Shown here: positions 1 through 10,701 of the stretch, piece after piece | How the letters are laid out: the number at the start of each line of letters is the position of its first letter | Numbering within the stretch: the first letter of the stretch is position 1 | Source of the DNA: an uncultured Verrucomicrobiae bacterium | GTDB taxonomy: Bacteria > Chlamydiota > Chlamydiia > Chlamydiales > Rhabdochlamydiaceae | Assembly: GCA_963813135.1 (NCBI GenBank) | Contig: CAWEXY010000009.1 | Location: forward strand, 32,001 to 96,000 | Direction of reading: 5' to 3' | Length of the DNA stretch: 64,000 bases | Position numbers and translations under genes: made by a program | Notes under the pieces: model-generated | The model's database searches: none | The model's input: only the letters and a program-made list of their open reading frames with translations | What the model was told of the DNA's origin: nothing

Positions 1-465
1 TGCTTCAATGGCTGCAAGATGAGCCGCTGTGTCAACTCCCCTTGCTAAACCCGAAACGATAGTAAAACCATCTTGCACCAATTTTTTTACAAGAAATTGG
101 GTCCTCTCAATGCCTTCTTTTGTGGGGTGCCTTGTCCCGACAACTGCGACGCTGCGTAAATAGGAAAGCTCCCAATTCCCCTGATAATAAAGAATTTTAG
201 GGGCATAACGTGCGTCTTTGAGCCGCTCCGGAAACATTCCATCGCCGTCTATCCTTACACCAAAGTAAGGAAGATTTTTGAGTACAGGAAATAATTGTTT
301 CTTATATTCGTTAACGAGCTGAGGCTCGACGAGCGCGGAAGCTAGATGTTGAGGATAATCTTGAAGGTCATGGGAAAGGCTTCGAAAAGATGCATGAGGA
401 CGATCCCACAAAGCCTCATAAGCGCAAATTTCATCGATCGGCGAAAGAATAGAATATTGCTCCAT
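1..465 (-). CDS. dprA: DNA-processing protein DprA/Smf family (3' end beyond window start)
   Basis: Not in ORF track; manual translation from ATG at 465: MEQYSILSPIDEICAYEALW...SVAVVGTRHPT...GFTIVSGLARGVDTAAHLAAIEA, the DprA signature. Confidence 0.9.
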   Translation of the reverse strand, partial: MEQYSILSPIDEICAYEALWDRPHASFRSLSHDLQDYPQHLASALVEPQLVNEYKKQLFPVLKNLPYFGVRIDGDGMFPERLKDARYAPKILYYQGNWELSYLRSVAVVGTRHPTKEGIERTQFLVKKLVQDGFTIVSGLARGVDTAAHLAAIEA

Positions 466-513
466 ACCTTTATTGTAGTGTAAAATTCAAAAAAACTGGT
501 AGGATTCTTTGCT

Positions 514-1930
514 ATGAATAAAAAAAGCCTCTCTGTTTTCATGCTCGCGATGATCAACGTTGCCGCTATCGGCAGCGTAAAGAACTGGCCTACCATGGCA
601 GAATACGGATTCGCTTCCGTCTTCTATATGCTCCTGGCCACATTGATATTTTTTCTTCCAACTGCCCTAGTTTCAGCCGAGCTCGCCACGGGCTGGCCTA
701 AAAGCGGCGGCGTCTTTGCCTGGGTCAAAGAGGCGTTTGGTCATCGCTTGGGCTTCCTGTCCATTTGGTGCATGTGGATCGAAAATGTGATCTGGTATCC
801 CACCATGCTGGGCTTCATAGCCGCGTCGGTAACCTACATTTTCAACCCTGCCCTTGCCGAGAGTAAATTGTTTATCTTCTTTTTTGGCGTCGCTATTTTT
901 TGGATCGCCACACTCGTCAACATGTTAGGGATTCGGACGTCTGCCTGGATTAGCAGCGTTGGCGTTGTACTCGGAACATTTATTCCCGGAATCTTCATCA
1001 TCGTCGTGGGCCTTGCTTGGTATTTTGGCGGATCGCCCATTCATGTTAACTTTTCTTGGGATGGTTTTTTCCCTGACATGTCGAGCCCGACGCAGCTCGT
1101 CTTTTTCGCAGGGATCATCCTCTCTTTTTGCGGCTTAGAAATGTCGGCTATCCATGCGCGCGACGTGGAAAATCCTAAAAAGAATTACCCCCGCGCGATT
1201 TTGCTGACGGTTCTCATAGTGCTGGGCTTATCGGTTTTGGGCGTGCTCGCCATTGCGATGGTGATCCCGCAAAACGATATCAGCTTGACAGCGGGGACCA
1301 TGCAAGCTATCTCCGCTTTTGTCGATGCTTACAATCTCCGTAGCATGCTCGGCATCATGGGCGGCCTCATCGTTATCGGCGCGATCGCTTCCCTCAGCAC
1401 CTGGATCGTGGGTCCCACAAGAGGCGTGCTCGCCGCCGCAGAATCGGGCGATCTTCCCCCCCGCTGCCGCAAGCTCAATAAACACGGCATGCCTTCCTAT
1501 CTCCTCTTTTTGCAAGCGATCGTCGTTACGGCCTTGAGCCTTCTTTTTGTCTATATGCCCACCACGAGCGGCGCGTATTGGATCTTAACGGTCCTCGTCG
1601 TCCAAGTCTATCTCGTGATGTATCTGCTCATGTTTGCAGCGGCCATCAAACTCCGCTACAAACGGCCCCATGTCCCCAGGGCCTATAAGATTCCTGGCGG
1701 AAAAATAGGTGTTTGGATCGTATCCGGGCTTGGCATCTTAAGCTCGCTTTTCGCGCTCTTCATCGGATTCTTCCCCCCCTGCGCTGATCGCTGCAGGTAA
1801 TACGACATTCTTTGTCAGCTTCTTGGTGATCGGCATGATCCTTGTCTGCGTCGGACCTTCCATTATCCTCTGGTTTAAAAAGCCCGAGTGGAACCGCAAA
1901 CTCGAACACGAAGGCAAAGGTGACGAGTAG
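514..1930 (+). CDS. APC-family amino acid permease (GadC/YjeM-like antiporter); frameshift in poly-C at ~1773-1779
   Basis: Polytopic membrane protein with ALVSAELATGWP..GG..WVKEAFG and ENPKKNYPRAI motifs; the alternate frame continues FPPALIAAGNTTFFVSFLV...GKGDE* to 1930. Confidence 0.85.
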
Positions 1931-2675
1931 CTGGGAGTCTTCTCACGCTTGGTACGACCGGGTTGTCGGCGAAAAGGGGCATTATTATCACCAAAGCGTC
2001 ATCCTTCCAGGAGTGCTGCGGCTTCTAAAACTGTCGCCCGGCGATCGTCTTTTGGACGTCGCGTGCGGCCAGGGCATTTTAGCGCGCAGCCTTCCCAAGG
2101 GAGTCGACTACGTCGGCGCTGACGCCTCCCCTTCTCTCATCTCGGCCGCAAAGCAAAAATCCAAGCATCAATTTCTTGTCGCCGACGCCACAAAACCCTT
2201 CCCTTTAGAAAAAGAAAGTTTTACCGCCGCCACGATCATTCTGGCCCTCCAGAATATGGAGAGAGGCGACCTTGCCCTCCAAAATATTTCTCCGCTTCTA
2301 AAAAAAGGGGGCCGCCTCGTCCTCGTCTTGAGCCACCCCTGTTTCCGGATCCCCCGCCAATCGAGCTGGGGCATCGATGAGGCTAAAAAGCTCCAATACC
2401 GCCGCATCGACCGCTATCTGACCCCGATGTCGATCCCCATCCAGACGCATCCCGGCCAAAAAGGCACCGTCGAGACCACGACCTACCATCAGCCCCTTTC
2501 GACGTACAGCCGCTGGCTCCACGAGGCCGGTTTTGCCATTCAGGAGATGGAAGAGTGGGTATCTGACAAGAAAAGCACCGGCGGAGCCGCCCGGATGGAA
2601 AACAGGGCCAGGGAAGAATTTCCTTTATTTTTGGCCATCAAAGCGGAATATCGCGCTTCTTCTTCCGCTCTTTAG
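1920..2675 (+). CDS. Class I SAM-dependent methyltransferase
   Basis: LLDVACGQG motif I; likely GTG start at 1920 overlapping the permease end. Confidence 0.85.
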   Translation: MTSSWESSHAWYDRVVGEKGHYYHQSVILPGVLRLLKLSPGDRLLDVACGQGILARSLPKGVDYVGADASPSLISAAKQKSKHQFLVADATKPFPLEKESFTAATIILALQNMERGDLALQNISPLLKKGGRLVLVLSHPCFRIPRQSSWGIDEAKKLQYRRIDRYLTPMSIPIQTHPGQKGTVETTTYHQPLSTYSRWLHEAGFAIQEMEEWVSDKKSTGGAARMENRAREEFPLFLAIKAEYRASSSAL

Positions 2676-3147
2676 CCTCTTTGATGCGCTGGTCCCGCCG
2701 ATCGATCGCTTCTTGAAAACGCCTCTTCTCTAACGGAGTTTCAGCAAGGACCTTGGCCACCGGCGTCGGTTTCTTGTTTTCATCCAAAGCAACAAAGGTA
2801 AAATAAGCCGATAGAATATGCCGTTTCTCCCCCGTCACGTAGTGCTCGGCATCGACGCGGACCCCGATCTCCATCGAGGTTCGCCACGCGTGATTAATGG
2901 CCGCCTTAAAAAGAAGAATATCACCCTGCCCCGCCGGCTGCAGAAAATGGACCGAATCGATGGAGGCCGTGACACACGTTTTTTTGCTATGCCGTTCTGC
3001 CACGACGAGCGCCACCCGGTCGCAAACCGCCATAATCATCCCTCCAAACGCCGTCCCGTACGAGTTTAGATCATTAGGAAAAATTTTATACGTATGGTTT
3101 TCAACGGCGGACGCCGCGACTGTTTTTGGCGATAAATTATTTTCCAT
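2638..3147 (-). CDS. Acyl-CoA thioesterase (YciA-like hotdog fold)
   Basis: FPNDLNSYGTAFGG, VTASIDSVHF, RTSMEIGV, AYFTFVALD motifs. Confidence 0.9.
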   Translation of the reverse strand: MENNLSPKTVAASAVENHTYKIFPNDLNSYGTAFGGMIMAVCDRVALVVAERHSKKTCVTASIDSVHFLQPAGQGDILLFKAAINHAWRTSMEIGVRVDAEHYVTGEKRHILSAYFTFVALDENKKPTPVAKVLAETPLEKRRFQEAIDRRDQRIKEAKERKKKRDIPL

Positions 3148-3192
3148 TTTCAAGGCTTCCTCTTTCTGTTACCATTAAAATGGAGCTATAAC

Positions 3193-5018
3193 ATGTGTGG
3201 AATTTTTGGGTATATAGGCCCCGATGATGCGGCCGAAATTTGTCTTACCGGTTTAAAAAAACTGGAATACCGCGGCTACGACTCGGCAGGGCTTGCCGGC
3301 GTAGTGAACGGAGAGCTTCTCTATTGCAAGGAAGTGGGCAAACTCCGCAACCTCGAACAGGCCTGGGTTCCGAAAAAGCTCGACCTGGCTATCGCCCATA
3401 CCCGCTGGGCCACCCATGGAGTCCCTTCCAAAGATAACGCCCATCCCCAGTTCGATGAGCATTTCCACATCGCTGTCGTTCACAATGGCATCATCGAAAA
3501 CCACCACCAACTCCGCGAGATGCTCCGCGCTAGCGGGACTGTATTCCGGTCCGACACGGACACCGAAGTGATCGCTCAGCTCATCGCCCACTTCTATGAA
3601 GGCGATTTCGTCCTCGCCTTCCAAAAAGCCGTCGGGCTCCTACAAGGGTTTTGGGCTCTGGCCGCGATCCACAAAAATCATTCCGATTACATTGTAGCCT
3701 CCGCCAAGGAAAACTCTCTGGCCGTAGGACATAATCCCCTTACCGGCGAGACCTTCATTTCTTCCGATCCCAATGCATTTCAGCATTCGGACCTCGATGT
3801 CCTTTTTCTCAAGAGCGATGAAGTCGCCGTCGTGCGCAGCAATCAAATCGAAGTCTTCGACGATAGCCATACCCGCATTGAAAAAGCCGTCGAGCGCCTC
3901 ACTCTCGAAAATCTGACCCACTCCAAGGGTGATTTTGAGCACTTCATGCTCAAAGAGATCTTCGAGCAGGGAGAAACCATCACCAAGGCCGTTCATAGCC
4001 GTTTTATCGAAGAGTTTGGTTCCGTCGAATTTGAGAACTTCGCTTTCTCTCCCCAAGAACTCCAGTCCGTCAAACGCATCCTCATTTTAGCTTGCGGCAC
4101 CTCTTGGCATGCAGGATCCTTAGCCGCGCTCCTCTTAGAAGACAAAGCCCGCATCCCCACCCATGCCGAAATAGCTTCCGAGTTCCGTTATCGCAACCCG
4201 ATCATTTCCGAAGACACGCTCGTCATCGCGATCAGCCAATCGGGCGAGACGCTCGATACGATCGCTGCCGTTCGCGAAGTGAAACGCAAAGGCGCCAAAG
4301 TCCTCGCCATTTGCAACGTCCGCAATTCCACCCTCACCCGTGAAGCCGATGGCGTCATTTTCCTTCGCGCCGGGCCCGAGATCAGCGTCTGTTCCACGAA
4401 AGCATTCACCAGCCAGATCACAGTCCTCTCTCTTTTGGCCTCCTCATGGGAAGATTGCGCCATATCAGCTGCGAAGAAGGGCAAGCCTTCCTCTCCGAAA
4501 TCCGCCGCCTCCCCAGCGTCGTCGAAGAAGTCTTAAAACAAAGCGCCCAAATCGCCAAGCTCGCCGAAAAATATGCCCGCTTCGAGCACTTTTTCTTCCT
4601 CGGCCGGCATTACATGCATATCACAGCCCTCGAAGCCGCCCTCAAACTCAAAGAAATCTCCTACCTCAATGCGACCGCTTACCCTGCAGGCGAGATGAAG
4701 CACGGCCCTATCGCCCTCATTAACCCCGACCTCGCCGTCATCGGACTCTGCGGAAGCGGCCTGACCTACGAAAAGACCCTCAGCAATCTCGCCGAAATCA
4801 AAGCCCGCGGAGGGCCCCTTCTCGCGATCGCCTTCGAAGGCTCTCAGGAGGTCGAGCTTATCGCCGATGATGTGCTCTATATCCCATCCATCTGCAATGA
4901 GCTTGCGACGATCCCCTATTCCGTAGCCTGCCAGCTTTTGGCTTATTACATCGCCCGCATCCGGGGCACTGATATCGACCAGCCCAGAAACCTCGCCAAA
5001 TCCGTCACCGTTGAATAG
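3193..5018 (+). CDS. glmS: Glutamine-fructose-6-phosphate aminotransferase; frameshift near 4440 (probably an assembly error)
   Basis: N-terminal MCGIFG, HTRWATHG, SQSGET, C-terminal PRNLAKSVTVE; split over ORFs 3193-4536 and 4446-5018. Confidence 0.97.
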
Positions 5019-5166
5019 TCATAACCTGCTAATAATAAGCTTCTAACATAAAGGCCTAGACGCAAACCCTCGCTAACCCTTTCATTTTAAATAGCTTCCG
5101 ACGTTATATTTTAATTGACCCATAAATTAAAAAAATATATAATAATAGATAAAGGAAAACATATTT

Positions 5167-5892
5167 ATGAGCCAACCCATTAATGTTAATAACAACAATC
5201 AGCAGCCTGCTGTAGCGCAAACTGGCTTCGTCTTCCAGCAGAAAGCCGATGCCGCGACCCTGCAGATCGGCAATCGCAAATTCACCATTACGGGGGTTAG
5301 GTTCAAGGATTTTGGCGCTGATAAATTTATAGATATTTCCCTCAAGCCAGCCCTTATTCGTCGGATACAACATATGTTGCAAGGCCGCGAAGCCGAATTC
5401 ACAGATCTGCAGGAATTTACGATTACCATTGAAGAAGCCTTTGGCGTAACGGAATATCTCCAAGAAGGACAAAAATCCCATTATTTCTTCGATCCTCGGC
5501 GCATCATGGAAAAGCCCACACACCTTCAATTGTTTGCCAGTGGCCAACTAAAATGCGAACTGTGCTTTTTCAAAAATAGCCGAGACATAAAAAAAGCTTC
5601 ATTGAAGCACGAGACAAGACCCCAGCTAATAATGACGCAGCTAAAGAAGTTGCTCAGCTTGCTCTAGCTATTAGAAGGCAAAACCAAGCAGATGAATACG
5701 CTATTCTCAATCCGCCTTCTGCAATCACTCCTCCCAAAAAACCAGCAGCGCCTCCAGCTCAACCGGCAATTCAAGCCCCTCCCCCTGCTGGCAACAATAA
5801 CAATGCATCGCCTCCAGTTCCAACTCAAAAAGTCGGACAACAAACCAACCAGCAGCCAAAAAATAACGGAATCAGCTAATGTGCGGATGTGA
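5167..5892 (+). CDS. Hypothetical protein with Asn/Gln-rich N-terminus and Pro/Ala-rich low-complexity C-terminus, frameshifted
   Basis: ORF 5167-5667 plus alternate frames (KSFIEARDKTPANNDAAKEVAQ; PAAPPAQPAIQAPPPAGNNNN) running to ~5892. Confidence 0.45.
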
Positions 5893-7337
5893 AGTACCGT
5901 ACAAAGCTTTATCTCGCTTTTCTATCCGTTGCTGGCATTAGCACCCTACTTGCCTTAAGTATCGTCTATGAAGAGATGCAAGACTTTATCTTCCACGAAA
6001 TGCAAAGCAAAGTGCTCAGTATCGCTGCTACGACAGCCTCCACTATAGATCCTGAACTCCTCAAACAGATCAAATCCCGCTCAGATGAAAATAGCGAAGC
6101 TTATAAAACCCTCGTGCAGCAGCTTCGAAAAACCCGCGATGCCAACCGCAGGGATGATGTCTATATCCGCTATCTCTATACGGAAACCCTTAATCCCTCC
6201 GACCCCAATTCGTTCATCTATGGCGTCGATGCGGAAGAAAACCCTGCCGATATTTCGAATGCCGGCGATCCCGATTTAGATCCCGCGCTCATTCCTGTTG
6301 CCAAACACATCAACCAGCCCAAAGCGCTCGATGAATTTGATTATGACCGATGGGGTGTATGGCTCAGCGGATATGCGCCCGTTTTTGACAAAGACGGAAA
6401 ATATGTGACCACCGTAGGGGCCGATATGCGGGCCAGCGACGTTTTAGCAAAAAGCCACATGATCCTCTTGTATGAAATACCCGGATTATTAGCATCGTTC
6501 CTCATCGCCTTTATCTTGGCCTCGATCCTGTCGAAGCAAGCATCTAATGCCCTATGTAGAATTACCGACACCGTCCATGAAATCGAAAAAGGAAATTTTG
6601 ACAAACAACTGCATCTCAAAACCCATGATGAATTCAGCGAAGTGGCCGAATCTATCAACGCCATGGAAAAAGGCCTCAAAGAGCGCGAACGGCTAAAAAT
6701 TAGCTTTGCCCGCTATGTCTCTCAACAAGTGTTTGAGAAGATCATGAAGTCCGACACCCCGACGAAGCTCGAAGGAGAACGCCGCAAGATCACCGTCCTT
6801 TTTGCCGACATTCGGCATTTTACCCATCTCGCAGAGCAGCTCTCCCCCGAACAAGTCGTCGCGCTCCTGAATGAGTATTTCGAGCAGATGCTAGAAGCGA
6901 TATTCTCCCACGGAGGAACCCTCGATAAATTTATCGGCGACGGGCTCATGGCTGAATTCGGGGCCCCGCTCGATGATCCCATTCAAGAAAAAAATGCCGT
7001 CCTCACCGCCCTCGCCATGCAAAAATCGGTCAAGCTGCTCGGCGAAAAATGGCGCAAAGAGGGCAAACCAGCCTTGGAAGTCGGCATTGGGATCCATACC
7101 GGAGCCGCCGTTGTAGGCAATATCGGCTCAGAGCAGCGCATGGAATATACCGCCATTGGCGATACGGTCAATATTGCGTCTCGCCTCCAGGCCGCAACGA
7201 AAGAGCTGCATACGCCCATTCTTATTAGCGAGTCAACGTACCAGGGCTTAAAAGGAGAGTTTCCCGCGCAAAAAGTGGGACCTCTCGCCCTTCCGGGCCG
7301 TACCGGCGAAATAATTGCTTACACTCTTATTTCCTAA
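5889..7337 (+). CDS. Membrane-anchored class III adenylate/guanylate cyclase with periplasmic sensor and HAMP domain
   Basis: Two TM segments, HAMP (DEFSEVAESINAM), ITVLFADIRHFT, DKFIGDGLMA, GIGIHTG, YTAIGDTVNIASRL. Confidence 0.92.
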   Translation: MKYRTKLYLAFLSVAGISTLLALSIVYEEMQDFIFHEMQSKVLSIAATTASTIDPELLKQIKSRSDENSEAYKTLVQQLRKTRDANRRDDVYIRYLYTETLNPSDPNSFIYGVDAEENPADISNAGDPDLDPALIPVAKHINQPKALDEFDYDRWGVWLSGYAPVFDKDGKYVTTVGADMRASDVLAKSHMILLYEIPGLLASFLIAFILASILSKQASNALCRITDTVHEIEKGNFDKQLHLKTHDEFSEVAESINAMEKGLKERERLKISFARYVSQQVFEKIMKSDTPTKLEGERRKITVLFADIRHFTHLAEQLSPEQVVALLNEYFEQMLEAIFSHGGTLDKFIGDGLMAEFGAPLDDPIQEKNAVLTALAMQKSVKLLGEKWRKEGKPALEVGIGIHTGAAVVGNIGSEQRMEYTAIGDTVNIASRLQAATKELHTPILISESTYQGLKGEFPAQKVGPLALPGRTGEIIAYTLIS

Positions 7338-7387
7338 GAAATTTTTCTTACCATTTTGCGCTTTAAACAGCATTGAAAAGTTCAATC

Positions 7388-7396
7388 TGTTATGAT
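7388..7396 (+). promoter_or_regulatory. Putative extended -10 element (TGTTATGAT), conserved upstream of copy 3 as TGTTATAAT (~10670-10678)
   Basis: gcatt(g/t)aaaag..aatctgttat(g/a)at is shared upstream of LRR-NEL copies 1 and 3. Confidence 0.45.
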
Positions 7397-7419
7397 CTTT
7401 ATTAAAGATTTAGGTTTTT

Positions 7420-8913
7420 ATGGACAAAATTTGCAGGTTAACAGGCGCTTTTCATTCTGTTTTATTTTCACTCTGCGCTACCCCTTGCATTGCGGCTGAA
7501 GAATTGCTTGGGCCAATGGACAATTATCATGCTAGCAATGGCAGTCTCGCCAACTTTCCTTGGCCGTCTTTAAACATCCAGGGCGATCTTGACCTGAGCG
7601 GCCGCACCGAGTTAACATCGCTGCCTCAAGGCTTACACGTTAGCGGCAATCTTAATCTTAGCAGCTGTACGGGGTTAACATCTTTGCCCCAAGGCTTGCG
7701 CGTTGGCCGTTCTATGAACCTTCGCGATTGCACTGCATTGGCATCTTTGCCACAAGGCTTACATATTGGCGGCAATCTTTATCTTAGCCGCTGTACGGGG
7801 TTAACAGCGCTGTCCCAAGACTTCGATGTTGGCGGCGATCTTTTCCTTGATGGCTGTACAAGATTAACATCTTTGCCCACAAGGATTATAAATTTGGGTC
7901 TTCGAGCCGATGGCAAAACTCGGTCAGTCAATCTATGTAATACATATCTCTCACAACGGATCATCCAAATTCTTCAACAAGCAAATGCTCCCGGCATGCA
8001 ATTTTACACGGCGCAGGCTGCAAGGATCCCTACCGTGGCATTCCAAAATTTAGATCAGGCTCTCGAATTTTGGCTTGAAACTTCGGAAGATAGTTCTCTT
8101 AAAATGCCTCGCCTTATCATTAGCGAACATGCACAACATGTTATTTCCTTCCTTGAACGGCTTACAGTAACTGCGGAATACCAAAACCGTGTAGCGCGGC
8201 CGCTTCTTGCTACACGCGTCATCACAGCTTTTCATTACATGCAGGAGGATGAGGAAATTAAAAAACGCATCATCGATTTTATATGCGAAGGATCAACATC
8301 TTGCGATGACAGGCGTATTTCAGCAGTAGCTGAAATTGAAGTGATGATCCGTATCTACGAGCTAGAGAAAAGCGGCGGATCAGAGGAGGCCCTTAAAAAA
8401 GCTGGGAAAAGTTTCTTGCTTCTCGATAAGGTAAATGAGAAAGCAAAAGCACATATAGAAACTCTCCCCTATGTAGACGAGATCGAGGTCTATTTAGCCT
8501 TCCAAATCGGTCTTGCCAAGCGGTTTGATCTTCCTATTTCCACGAGAAATATGATCTTTAGAGGATGCGCCCAAATAGAAGATGACGAGATTGTCAAAAT
8601 CGGAGATGACATCGTGAAAGCTTATTCCGATAAAGAATTGGATAAATTCTTAAAAACATGGGGCCCCTGGATCGTGCACCAAAGGCGCCTATCGGTTCCC
8701 ACGTATGAAAATCTTCCAGAAGCTAATTATCTACTGGGAAAAGAGGATATCTGCCTGATCACTCAAGATCCTCCAAAAGCCCCCGTTTTATATAAGGGAA
8801 ATGTCTATGAGTACGAAGCGTTCGCTAGATGGTTTGTCCAAAAGGGCACAGACCCAATGACACGAGAGACCATTGACATTAAGCAGCTCAAGCGGATCAA
8901 ACACAAGGAGTAA
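7420..8913 (+). CDS. LRR (5 x 21 aa) + NEL E3 ubiquitin ligase + U-box protein, copy 1
   Basis: 63-bp repeats; STSCDDR, DEIEVYLAFQ, WGPW resemble the IpaH NEL domain; CLITQD..PV..GNVYEYEAFARW....TDPMTRE resembles a U-box. Confidence 0.85.
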   Translation: MDKICRLTGAFHSVLFSLCATPCIAAEELLGPMDNYHASNGSLANFPWPSLNIQGDLDLSGRTELTSLPQGLHVSGNLNLSSCTGLTSLPQGLRVGRSMNLRDCTALASLPQGLHIGGNLYLSRCTGLTALSQDFDVGGDLFLDGCTRLTSLPTRIINLGLRADGKTRSVNLCNTYLSQRIIQILQQANAPGMQFYTAQAARIPTVAFQNLDQALEFWLETSEDSSLKMPRLIISEHAQHVISFLERLTVTAEYQNRVARPLLATRVITAFHYMQEDEEIKKRIIDFICEGSTSCDDRRISAVAEIEVMIRIYELEKSGGSEEALKKAGKSFLLLDKVNEKAKAHIETLPYVDEIEVYLAFQIGLAKRFDLPISTRNMIFRGCAQIEDDEIVKIGDDIVKAYSDKELDKFLKTWGPWIVHQRRLSVPTYENLPEANYLLGKEDICLITQDPPKAPVLYKGNVYEYEAFARWFVQKGTDPMTRETIDIKQLKRIKHKE

Positions 8914-8935
8914 TTTTAAAAATACTTGGATTTGT

Positions 8936-10614
8936 ATGGATAGAATTAGTAATTCAACAGTTTCTTTTCAGCCGCCTTCATTTTCTCTCGGCACGCTCCC
9001 TTCTATTTCCGCTGAAGAATTGTTTAGACACATGGACGATTATCTAGCTAAAAATGGTAGTCTCGCCAACTTTCCTTGGCCGTCTTTAAATATCGAGGGC
9101 GATCTTAACCTTAGCAGGCGCCCCGGGTTAACATCTCTGCCTCAAGGCTTGCGCATTAACGGCAACCTTGAAATTATGGACTATCCAGGGTTAACATCTC
9201 TACCGCAAGGTTTACACATTGGCGGCTACCTTTACCTTGAAAGCTGCACCGGGTTAACATCTCTGCCTCAAGGCTTACACGTCGGCCGCTTTCTTCACCT
9301 TAGCGGTTGCACAGGGTTAACATCTCTATCTCAAGACTTGCGCATTGGCGATTCTCTTGTTCTTGATGGCTGCACTGGGTTAAGATCTCTGCCTCAAGGC
9401 TTACATGTTGGCGGCAATCTTAGCCTTGACTACTGCATCGGGCTAACATCTCTACCTCAAGGCTTACACGTTCGCGGCGATCTTTTCCTTCGCGATGCAC
9501 CGGGTTAACCTCTCTACCGCAAGACTTACATTTTGGCGGCCATCTTAACCTTCTGCGCTGTAGGGGGATAACGTCTCTCCCCGCGTGGATTACAACTTTG
9601 GGTCTCACAGTTTATGGCCCAACTCGCCGAGTCGATCTGACAGGAACCGGTCTTTCCGAGCAGATCATCCAAATGCTTCAACAAGCAAACGCCCCCGGCA
9701 TCCAATTCGTATTTGGGCAAACTGTAATTAAACATATCGTGACATTCGAAAATTTGGACAAGGCTTTTGATTTTTGGCTTGAAACTTCGAAGGATAGTTC
9801 TCTTAAAAAACCAAGCCCCACCCTTAACGAAGATGTTTACGATGTTATTGTCTACCTCGAGCAGCTTACACAAACTGAGGAATACAATAACCTTTCGTCG
9901 CGGCCGCTTCTAGCTAGACGAGTCATCGCAGCTTTTCATTACATGCAAGAGGATGATGAAATTAAAAAACGCGTCATCGATTTTATGCGCGAGGGGTCAA
10001 CATCTTGCGGTGAGAGGAATATTTCAGCAGCAGCTGAAATCGAAGTAATGATCCGTATTTACGAGCTAGAGAAAAGCGGCGGATCAGCAGAGGCCCTTAA
10101 AAATGCTGCAAAAAGCTTCTTGCTTCTCGACAAGGTCAATGAGAAAGCAAAAGCACATATAAGAAACAACCCCGATGCAGATGAGCTCGCGGTTTATTTA
10201 GCCCTCCAAACCCGCCTTGCTGATCGGTTTGATCTTCCTATTTCCACGCAAAATATGATCTTTAGGCGCGCTAAAATATCCGATGGCGATATTGCCAAAA
10301 TCGTGGACGACATAGAAAAAGCCTATTCCGATAAAGAATTGGATAAATTCTTAAAAACATGGGGCCCCTGGATCGTGCACCAAAGGCGCCGATCGGTTCC
10401 CACGTATGTAAATCTTCCAGAAGCTAATTATCTACTGGGAAAAGAGGATATCTGCCTGATCACTCAAGATCCTCCAAAAGCCCCCGTTTTATATAAGGGA
10501 AATGTCTATGAGTTCGAAGCGTTCGCTAGATGGTTCGTCCAAAAGGGCACAGACCCAATGACACGAGAGACCATTGACATTAAGCAGCTTAGGCGGATCA
10601 AACACATAGAGTAA
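8936..10614 (+). CDS. LRR (8 repeats) + NEL + U-box protein, copy 2; single frameshift at ~9496
   Basis: ORFs 8873-9508 and 9598-10614 join in one frame change; catalytic motif reads STSCGER. Confidence 0.8.
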
Positions 10615-10701
10615 TTACTTTAAAACAAAAAATCAATTTTTTATTTGAGCCGCATTTAAAAGTAAAATCTGTTATAATTTTTCTAAAACACTTAGGTTTG
10701 T

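Noticed and set aside
3193..5018. glmS as a pseudogene or programmed frameshift
   Set aside because: Both halves are fully conserved and no slippery site is evident; an assembly indel is more parsimonious
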